Source: Mytilus trossulus (lineage: Eukaryota). From it: a DNA stretch of 64,000 bases. The stretch is taken from NCBI RefSeq assembly GCF_036588685.1, contig NC_086373.1, positions 20,460,001-20,524,000 of the forward strand. Direction: 5' to 3'. The number at the start of each line of letters is the position of its first letter. Position 1 is the stretch's first letter. Positions 53,045 through 64,000 of this stretch are shown here, in pieces. Under the pieces are notes generated by a model, which was given only the letters and a program-made list of their open reading frames with translations, made no database searches and was not told the origin of the DNA. The translations under genes and the position numbers were made by a program.

Positions 53045-56000
53045 TCATGACCTCATTTCACTGTATGGCGGACATGGTGATGCTGGTGACGATATTCCTT
53101 GAAATGTTGTATTTGATGGCGGCGATGATACACTAATATCTTCATACGCTGGTGGAGGATTTACATCACTACTTGTATACTGTGGTGGCTTTGTTACTAA
53201 TGGTTGATACGGAGGTGCTGTCGGTGGTATATATGACCAGTTATTGTGAAGAGGTGCTAAAAACAAAAAAACATCACATTTATACTGGCATGCTTGAATT
53301 GGAGATCCGAAATATACAAAGGAAACATTTACTAAACATTATATTAACAAGGTATCTGTTATAGGAACTTCTATTTCACTTTTCGAATACAAATGAGACA
53401 AATGTTTGTATTTCGCTCTTTTGAGATTATTTTGAATCTGCACAACATTAATTATTATATAGAATTCTTAAAAAATACAGTCACAATAAAACATGTCGTA
53501 GGCATGAAAGACTTTTGATAAGTTTGTTAACTTCTTCATTCACATCGCTTAGAAAAAAAAACTGGCTCCAATTCGCAATAACTCGCTGAATAACATACAG
53601 TCTCTGTCTTACCATTATCGTTCTTATGTAGTTCTAGAACACCTATTCAGATATATATTTGGAGATAGGCAAACATGAAAGATTGCATCATTATTTAAAT
53701 TAGAATTAAATACCATGTATTGGTATGAAAAGGTATCTATTTGATTCCGTTTGTTTGAAGATTAAAACGTAGAATCAATCATAATAATATTACCGTTGTA
53801 TAAGATTTTTCATTTTCATTTTGAGCATTCCCTTGGCTTCAACTAGTATCTAAATTTCAAAACGACAGAATGTTTCCAGTTTATTTATTTGCACTCGAGT
53901 TAAACATAAAACAAACTTACTGCTGTAAGGGGCCCTTGAAGTAACTGTGGCTATTGGTGTTTGACGTATCGTGTGGCCACGTATACCGTGTGTTTTACAA
54001 CAATTACAAGCGTGTACAACCACAATGACAATAGCTATGACGATACACAGAGCAATCAATCCACCTATAATACTACCAGCTACCATACTGGCAGACCTGA
54101 AATAAAGACAAATACAAATCTGAGTTATATTGTACACGGCTAAAGCCAATTACTACTGACTGAGCTGAAATAAAGACAAATACAAGTCTGAGTTATATCG
54201 GATATGGTTGATGCCAATGAGACACTGAAACAAACGAGCATATAAAAAGAAGAAATTCGAAAAATGACTTGACTTTTCTGAATTCTTTTTTGCCATGACT
54301 GTGATAATTACAAAAAACACATAATTAAAAAATTGCCTGCATCTATTCTTTCCAAAATTGGCTAATTTCCCTGGTAAGTGTAATTGTAGAACGTGTACAA
54401 GAAAATATAGCAAAGTCATATTCAAATTTAGAATCTTTATCTCTGTTAGAATAAGTTTTATCAAACGAAATTGGAGCAATTTATGATATTATTCCCTGTT
54501 TACTCTAAATACATAACTAGCGAATTTGTTTATTGCATACAATCATCAACGTTAGTTCAAACGGTTTTCACAAAATTTATAGAACATAAGCAGGATTTAT
54601 ACTTTCCCAATTGCATAAATACAGTGGATTATATTTTGCACAAAAGTTGTCTACACATCATGTTATTATATGTTATTCTATTTTATTCCAAGATGTTTGA
54701 TTTCTAGCAATAAGAAGCTTTGTCGGGTAAAGAAGATCAAAATGTTAAAGAACTCGTGAATTGAATTCGTTTGGTACGATTCAAGAAGTAAACGGGAGAA
54801 CACGTCGAAAGCGACCCAAATGGTTGATTGCTTTTTTGTGACCTTCAGAATGAAACGTTTGTATACATGAATGCTCAGAAAAGCCACCTGCATGAACAAA
54901 ATTGAAGAAAAGGGGAAGGGAAGTTCCTTAAAATCATCATTTACTTATTATGTCATTCTGGGACATTCTTTAATTTGCACATGTTGAAATAAGAAGTAAT
55001 TTGAAACGCGCTTTATGAAATTTCTGCTGAATATTTTTTAATGCAAATTTACACTTAATTATATGTCCCAAACAGCAAGTAAATGAATTCGATTCCTATT
55101 TTAAAATATTCCTGCACAAATAATGAAATAATTAAGGGTATGCAGTATTTATATATTCTTTTTTTAAACATTTTAAATGTGACGTTATGCTTCGGACACA
55201 TTACTAAGTCTTGACATTGTTTTTTTATTTATACAAAATCTAAGTTTAAAATTAAAAATCTGTGTACATTATATTTATACACATAAATTTTGATATAAAA
55301 AAAACTTGTGTGCGATGGTTGAAAATCTGCCAGCAGATTCGGAGTTATTTTTACATTTTCTGGCATAAATATTTTCCATCGACAAAAACAAATTTTAATT
55401 ATTTCTTTCTGTCAATAATACGCTTAAAATTTATTTTATATTGACAGCCTTATTAACCACATAATACGTTTCTTCCAAGCGTATATATAATCTTCTGAAA
55501 ATGAAGTGGTTGTCTGCCAACACATTTGGATGACAACTGGAAGTTCAGTATCTAGTTACATGTCAGAACTATGCATGTTATGTAATAACTATTTTAAATC
55601 AAATTTTATAATAACAAAGTTATGTGCCAAAGTAATTACAATTTAATGAATTGCATAACTTTATAATTTTATAATACAACAATGTATATTCACTTTAAAT
55701 GGTTATGTAATTTTATTATGTAGAAAAATTATGTGGGGCACCATCCATGACACAAAATCAGCACATGCACAGCAAAGGCACACACACAAATAAACAAAAG
55801 GAACAGGCGCCTTCGATGTATTCATTCTTCAGAATAGATTAAGAGCACGCGAAAGCCGGACTTTTCTATAACAGTTCTGATTTGGACAATACATTAAGTA
55901 TCGGGGGAAATATCTTCAACCGAGTATAATTTTAACTGTTATATTAAACGGTTTTAATCCTGACTTAATTCAGAAGACTTAAACGTAATTGGGAAGTTTT

Positions 56001-58368
56001 TTTAATTTTTATTATTTTTATGATTTAATAAAAAAATACTTAAATCCAACCTACACCTTTAATGCATAAATTTCACAAACACATATATACGCTACACATA
56101 TATTTTTTTTCAATGTTCATGCAGATGCAGTTCAGTTCATATAAAATTTCATCAAGATTATAAATATTGCTAAATAGCAGAGGCTAAGAGTATACTTTGC
56201 CTTTAACGTCACTTAAGAATAACAAAACAAAAGGTTGAGAGCACTATAGGTAACCTAAAGATACATCTAAACTCAACTTTAAAAAAACTATTTGTATGTG
56301 TTCTCGGGGAACATGATACCCTCTAGATCACTCCGTATATATGCTACTCTAATATATTCTAAAAGTTATAAACATTGGCTTTCATAAAAAAAAATCGTGC
56401 ACCACATTATAGACGATGTTTGAGAATTCTAGTATTTTTGGAGGTGTAAAAAGTAAAATCACAAAAATACTGACCTCAGAAGGAAAACAAATCGGAAAGT
56501 CCCTTATCACATGGCAAAATCAAATGACAAAACACATCAAACCCGAATGAACAAGAACTGTCATATTCCTGACTTGGTGCAGGCATTTTTAAAGGCAGAA
56601 AATGGTGGATCAACTCTGGTTTTATAGCGCTAAACCTCGCTCTCTGTTGACTGTCTCATCAAATTCTGTTATATGTAATTTATATTCTATGAGGCCAACA
56701 TACAGAGGGAAATGCGATTTAAGCAAGAACCACTGAGGTACCTCTTCAGGGGTTAGAAAAAACCCATACTTGATATTAAATATCTTACCCGTCATATCCC
56801 TCATAATAATAGTAGTAGTAAGAAGAATAGTGGTTATATCTTCTACTATGGCTGGAACTGACAGGACATACTGAAATAGAGAGAACAGTCTGTATAATTG
56901 ACCATAATATGTTTAAAATAACAAATGTTCATTTTGCCTCCATTTTTTTTCATGCAGGTGGACACCGTTATAAGGAAAAGCCTTTGGGAGCAATTCGTCA
57001 CGTACAAACTTTCTATTTATAAGTGTATTGGATAACCATTAAACAGTTGTTCTGAAATTAAAACCATGGTAAAATGATTGTTTGTGGTCCGATTTATTTT
57101 ACATTGACTTTAACAAATATAAAACTTGGAATCAGAGATTATATAAATGACATAAGAACTTCTGATATTCTGAATATGATGTAGCTGTATGGAATTGCGT
57201 ATTTATTATTCCTTATATATACCAAGGAGCTTTGAAATATCAAAGGACGTCCCACATTTTGACTTTGGACAATGTATGCAAGGGGTCATCAACTAGCAGT
57301 GCACATTACTGTCTGCCAAATATTGGACATACAAAGAAAAATCACCCAATATTTGATATTTAAATAGAACGATGAGTTTATATTAATGTCGAAATATTTC
57401 TTTTATTTACTTGTAAAAAATCAATGGAAATTTTAAAAAAAATCGAAAATTGAATCTTGTTATCTTTAATTTGATATCAGTAAATGTCTACGCCACGAAT
57501 CTCTAAAGTGTCTCTGATTTATACCTTATTTAATAGTTGGTTAATTAAGAGATATAACAATTTACTTGCTTTAACACTTCTTTTCTTTATATCCCAAATA
57601 GGGGTAAACTCATGAAGTAATCAAGCCATATGATCCCATGAATATGACTAGACATATATTGATTATATACAGAAATAGATATCCAATACTAGTAATAGAT
57701 ATCCATATAAAGTACATTAAAAAACATAAAGACACAAGCCAAAAAAATCAACATAAGAATGGAGATATGGTGGAACATAAACAAACTTAATCTTTGTCAG
57801 GGATGAGATAGAATACCATTCAAAAATGTATTTCAAACAATTTGACGGTATAGATCAGTAAATGAACGAACAGTCAAGAAATCAAATAAAAAAATCAACA
57901 GAGAACACTTGAAAGGTTATAAAGTTTCACTAGAGGCCCTTCATCTTTCCGGCTTCCATCCAAAAGAAATGATTGTATTTATATTTTGTTAAATTTCACT
58001 GATGGCGATGCGCTGTAAGAAACAAACTCAAGACAAGAAGTTAGTTGGTTTTTTTTTTTTGCGGGGGGGGGGGGGGGGGGGGGGGGTGCTTTCTCATGGA
58101 AATACTAAATAAACATGGTGAATAGCAAAGTTAATATGTTGTATCAATAAAATACAATTGTTTAATATGTAGAAATAACAATAATATATAAATATATATT
58201 TCATTTCAAAACATCAAGATATTGTCTGTCACTTCCCTTCTCGTATAACCTAATATTTAAGGTCTTATAGGTTTCTAAAACAATTTATATTCAAATTTAA
58301 TGATTACCTGAAAGGAGAAATCCAAAGAAATAAAAGCAAAAATATCCAAAAAAATCATATACATCCAT
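53045..58368 (-). CDS. Paralog F: CYYR1/Shisa-like single-pass membrane protein, 4 exons, ~176 aa
   Basis: Exons 58368-58308 (MDVYDFFGYFCFYFFGFLLS), 56870-56789 (VCPVSSSHSRRYNHYSSYYYYYYEGYDG), 54096-53921 (SASMVAGSIIGGLIALCIVIAIVIVVVHACNCCK...) and 53256-53045 (..PPTAPPY..PPQY..PPAYEDI..CPPYSEMRS*). GT-AG introns, phases 1-2-1, 531 nt in frame. Confidence 0.87.
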
Positions 58369-59012
58369 TTTGAAAAGAGTGTGTCGTCCTATATAATTTA
58401 AATCGCCGACATCATAACTCTATTTATTTACATACGTACGTCTTGTCGTTAAGACTATATTTCAATGGATAACCTCTTAATTCGTATAAAATGTTTAGTC
58501 ATGCGATCTTTTGTCCTTTTTAAATACATCTATACCTACTATAAATAAGACTACCTGTCACGAACTAGTCGAAACAATATCTTCTGCAATCAAATTTTAA
58601 AAAATGGGATCGGAAATTTAGCTGGGATGCAATATCATCAAACATTTTTATTGTATCTTTTATAAGTATAGAAATAAGTGTAGCTATATAATCGTTTACA
58701 CGTTCCTTTCACAGTATATTTACATATTTTAGATAAGCCAACAAATTGGCAATGTTTAAATGTAGATATTATATTTACAAGGCATCATAAATAATCATAT
58801 AATACTCTATTAAAAAGGGCACGTTTCTTTACCACTCTTATTTCTTGATATGTTCTTCAAAATCATGATAGAATGTGACATAAAAACAAATTGCTATATA
58901 TATATACTCTGGAAATTATTGCATATAGGGAACGCTAAAATTTAACAATGAAGGCCGTACGGTGACCTATCGTTGTTAATATCTGCATCATTTGGTCTCT
59001 TGTAGAGAGCAA

Positions 59013-61084
59013 GTTGTCTCATTGGCAATCATACCATATTTTGTTTAATAAATGAAGGCTTTCGACCATTTTAATTGCACCTAAAACCTTAAACCCCTAA
59101 AACGTTCGTTCTAATTGTGCCATATGAATTTGAAGGTTTTTTTTAATTAAAAGTAATGAGAGCTATGATCAAGAAACGTAACATGCCGTACTTTAACCTA
59201 TAATGGTTTACTTTTTAAATTGTTAATTGGATGGAGAGTTGTCTCATTGGCACTCACACCACATCTTCCTATATCTATGGTCTGCATGAATATGATTACT
59301 AAAAGTATCTAACAAATGTCTCTAAAGCATGGGTCAAATAGGAGTATCTGCATCTTCAACAATTATTATGAACGCTCTCGAACATTGTGAACTAGAATAA
59401 TATGCTAATCGTTTTTGTTGACCGTGTATGCTGATTTTTAAAAAAAATAATTAAATAACCGTTTCTTTTCGGTGTTTGCCCAAAACACGAAATCGTCTTC
59501 TAAGGGCAGTAACTTCTACGAATAATTTGCTGTTTTCTGCTCTATGGTCGGGTTGTTATATTTTTGACATATTCCCCATTTCCATTCTCAATCTTAAAAT
59601 GATTGGGGAAGCATTTTAAAGCTATGCGCCAGACGCAAACATTTGGTCGTAGACACCATATTAAATCTGAAATCAAATATAGAAAATAAACTTGAGAAAT
59701 AAATCAAATGAAAAGACAGTTTAGCAAATAATCAAGACAATTTATAACAGTATATATATATGTTAGATTTCATTGTCAGAAATATTTTATAGTTTGTTTG
59801 CATTACCTCTCACATGTGTTCTTCCGTGAACAGAAGTAGTGTGATCATTTCAACTTGCAATGTTCGTGAGAGTTTATGGATTATGCTGAGAACAGTATAT
59901 ATCTATATATGTTCCTGGTTTATGTTGAGGTCATTGTAACTTTGAGTCATAAGAGCGCGGTTTCTTTCCTTTTTATTTTTTATGTGCGGGTAGTGATTCG
60001 ATTATGTGTCACGAATTGATACACCATATCCTGGAAGTATATTTCCGTTGTCTCATTGGCAATCATACCATATTTTGTTTAATAAATGAAGGCTTTCGAC
60101 CATTTTAATTGCACCTAAAACCTTAAACCCCTAAAACGTTCGTTCTAATTGTGCCATATGAATTTGAAGGTTTTTTTTAATTAAAAGTAATGAGAGCTAT
60201 GATCAAGAAACGTAACATGCCGTACTTTAACCTATAATGGTTTACTTTTTAAATTGTTAATTGGATGGAGAGTTGTCTCATTGGCACTCACACCACATCT
60301 TCCTATATCTATGGTCTGCATGAATATGATTACTAAAAGTATCTAACAAATGTCGCTAAAGCATGGGTCAAATAGGAGTATCTGCATCTTCAACAATTAT
60401 TATGAACGCTCTCGAACATTGTGAACTAGAATAATATGCTAATCGTTTTTGTTGACCGTGTATGCTGATTTTTAAAAAAAATAATTAAATAACCGTTTCT
60501 TTTCGGTGTTTGCCCAAAACACGAAATCGTCTTCTAAGGGCAGTAACTTCTACGAATAATTTGCTGTTTTCTGCTCTATGGTCGGGTTGTTATATTTTTG
60601 ACATATTCCCCATTTCCATTCTCAATCTTAAAATGATTGGGGAAGCATTTTAAAGCTATGCGCCAGACGCAAACATTTGGTCGTAGACACCATATTAAAT
60701 CTGAAATCAAATATAGAAAATAAACTTGAGAAATAAATCAAATGAAAAGACAGTTTAGCAAATAATCAAGACAATTTATAACAGTATATATATATGTTAG
60801 ATTTCATTGTCAGAAATATTTTATAGTTTGTTTGCATTACCTCTCACATGTGTTCTTCCGTGAACAGAAGTAGTGTGATCATTTCAACTTGCAATGTTCG
60901 TGAGAGTTTATGGATTATGCTGAGAACAGTATATATCTATATATGTTCCTGGTTTATGTTGAGGTCATTGTAACTTTGAGTCATAAGAGCGCGGTTTCTT
61001 TCCTTTTTATTTTTTATGTGCGGGTAGTGATTCGATTATGTGTCACGAATTGATACACCATATCCTGGAAGTATATTTCCGTTG
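59013..61084. repeat. Near-identical 1034-bp direct tandem duplication
   Basis: 59013-60046 matches 60047-61080 with about three differences seen by eye; GTTG is shared at the junctions. Confidence 0.95.
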
Positions 61085-61964
61085 AAAAATAAATGCACAA
61101 ACAAACAAAATTTAAATCCGAAGGTTATTACTTTCCATCTTCAGCAATGAAGACAAACTCAGACATTTAAATTAGAACATTTAGCATTGAAATTGGAACT
61201 CATTCCCCCTAAAGTAGTAATTGCTACGTACGTACTACGTGTAACTGATTTACAGCGCAGGCACGCACATATCATTTTAAATCATATTTTTTTTGGTTCA
61301 ATATAATAAATGAGAACCATAACTTACAGTGATTTTGACGACACCAAAACAAGACAAAATTGTTTTTTTCTTTTTAAAAGCATGTAGATTTCCCATTACC
61401 ATTCTCATTTTTATTAGGCCATGATGGTCATGACAATAGTATAAAACCCTTGCACATTTTTGTACGATGCTGCCTATGCCTACCTGGGGGTAATGCTCAA
61501 AAAGGGACAAAAGATACCAGGGGACAGTCAAACTCATAGAAATAAACTGAAACCGATATGGTTATGGCTAAAAAAGAAAAAGACAAACAGACAAATAATA
61601 GTACACAAGACACAAGATAGAAACCTAAAGAGTAAGTTGTTTGAAGTGTTGAATAATCGATGGAGTAAGTATATATACGGTGTAATACCTTTCCGAATAA
61701 TACGTTTAACGTATCACGAGTTTTTAACCAATTAACCATATCAATTTGTTCAAATCCTTTTCGGATAAATATTTAACAGTTCAAAAGGTGAACTTCCTGA
61801 CCGATACATTTCTTAATTATAAATGTCCAATACACACTGGTATTAAAGAGATAATGGTAACTGCAATTACGATTATCCCAATATGGCGACGGTAGATATA
61901 GGTAAAATCTTTACACTCATTTTTCTTACATGTAGCATGCTTTTGTCAATAGTTACTCAGCTGC

Positions 61965-64000
61965 AAGGTTTATCTATACCATTACATCATATTTGAATCG
62001 TAACGGTGCACTGGAATTGTCTAAGCGCTGTGAAAATAGCCGTTGAAAAATTCGGGATGATAATCGTAACTCTATGGTATTTTTCTTCTTTGATAATCGT
62101 AATTTTCTTAATCGGATAATAGTAACTGAAACATAATAAATGTGTTTTTCAGCATTTCAATGGTATTTTGTGTGTTAAAAATGTAATTTAATAGAAAAGT
62201 ACGAATTATATGGCAAGCATGCAAATACAAAAATGTTCCTTGTTTTAGTACCTTCAATATTTTTCTCTACAATATCTTCCATGCATATGTATGCAGCATA
62301 TTTTTCATATACCGAGTATTTATGAATTTTTAATAAGTTTGTTTCTTATTTTGCGGAATATGGGTTATTCAATTATTTTCAATTTTGCAGTCATTCTTTG
62401 AATAAGTATTCTTGTAAGAAAATTCAAAGCCACATCAATTTTATTTCTTGATTTTCGGGCTTTTGGCCAAACTATAAAAGAACACAAATCCATGTTTGTC
62501 AATGAACTCCACGTTACTTAATTTCATAATACACAAAGAATCCCATGTAGGGCCAATCTTTCTCTAATCTTATTTAAGAATTGAATGCTTCTTTTTGTAA
62601 ATTTATTGGGGTGTAAAAGCGTTGACCGAAGTACATTTTGTATGAAGCGCATTCTAAAAATGTACGCACGGTCAACGCTTTTACAACCCTATAAAGTTAC
62701 AAAAAGAAGCATTCAATACTTATAATTACATTTTTTAGCTAGGATTATAAAAACACGATTTTCATGAAGTTAAATTTTTAAATTCACCTGTGCACTTTAT
62801 TGTGGGACCTCGTGTCATCATGAATGAAATGTTATTGTCTCATGCAACTGCTTACGGAATAACATATGATGTGCAATTAGCCAATCAGAATAACGTATTA
62901 TAATTAAACATACATCTAATGTAATTATATAGCATTAAATGTTTTAAGGATGTCATATTATCATAATTCAAAATAAAATTTGATTCTTTTATAGTTTATA
63001 TCTGAGATACTGAAATTTCAGTGACAGTCATGAAGTAGCCAATATAAATAAGAAGATGTGGTATGTTTGCCAATGAGACAACTTTCCACAAGAGACAGAC
63101 ATGACTCATCATTAACAAATATAGGTCACCGTACGGTCTTCAACAATGAACAAAGCCCATACTGCATAGTCAGCTATAAAAGACTCCGAAATGACACTGT
63201 AAAACACTTTTCAAAGTTTTCCCTTGTTCATCATAGCTTTTAAGTTATGATATCATCCATGAAAAATGATCGAAGTGATATGAAAACTGTAGCCACTAAT
63301 TTCTCGTCAAACGGTTTTTGACGAATACTAAATGTCTTTCCTACTTCGTTATGGCATACTAGGGTATGTTCTAGAATTAAATCACCGGGGGCAGAAATAG
63401 CACATATAACCACCTGCAACAAATGAATTTAAATAATATTTACTATATTTACTATTTACTTCAGAAATTATTTTTTGTTTACTGTCTTAATCAGAAATCT
63501 GATATAAGGTGACACATGCGTGTCGCCTGACAATTATTATCATGTATCATAATTTCCATCGCTCATTCACATATTTTGTGGCTTACCTAGTGTTTGGAAA
63601 TTTCTGTAAATTAACAAAGTTCGTGTTTTCCCATTTCCAAATTTCTTGAAGCTTGTTCACCCTTCCAATTGTATGATATACTAGTATGTAGCTGTTTTCA
63701 TAAGAACTATTAAATATATATGCATAAAAAGAAATGTCATAAGATGTTGGTACGTTTCGTAAATAATTCATCGCCATAATTTCATAATATGCTATCAGAT
63801 TTACGTTTTTAGTGTCAATATTAATAAAACAGTTTCCAGTTACGATTATCTTTTTTATTTTTAGATACATAATTACGATTATCTTTTTTTCCGAGTTACG
63901 ATTATCATCCCGAATTTTTCAACGGCTATTTTCACAGCGCTTAGACAATTCCAGTGCACCGTTACGATTCAAATATGATGAAATGGTATAGATAAACCTT
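61965..64000. mobile_element. Long-TIR (foldback-like) DNA element; right arm runs off the window
   Basis: 61965-62070 is the near-perfect reverse complement of 63893-64000, and GATAATCGTAA subterminal motifs repeat on both arms. Confidence 0.8.
62573..62725. mobile_element. Palindromic (hairpin) MITE-like element nested in the long-TIR element
   Basis: ATTGAATGCTTCTTTTTGTAA..GTAAAAGCGTTGACCG / CGGTCAACGCTTTTAC..TTACAAAAAGAAGCATTCAAT. Confidence 0.75.

Overview
AT-rich, intron-containing eukaryotic genomic DNA. The dispersed repeats look like those of a bivalve, probably Mytilus; this is inferred from memory, not searched. Splicing by hand reveals what the ORF track misses: a head-to-tail array of six divergent paralogous genes (A-F) on the minus strand. 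Each encodes a small (~80-190 aa) single-pass membrane protein of the CYYR1/Shisa-like/WBP1/VOPP1 type. The shared plan is signal-peptide exon, tiny and often Tyr-rich ectodomain exon, glycine-zipper TM exon, then a Pro-rich tail exon, with intron phases 1-2-1. The tails carry PPxY, P[S/T]AP and LYPx3L motifs, the three ESCRT/NEDD4 'late domain' classes. An intact Toll-like receptor gene with a single coding exon (48201-50303, + strand) sits inside the array between paralogs E and F. The rest is a 5'-truncated LINE, several non-autonomous DNA transposons, a 2 kb intronic 51/52-bp satellite, a near-perfect 1034-bp tandem duplication and many dispersed repeats.
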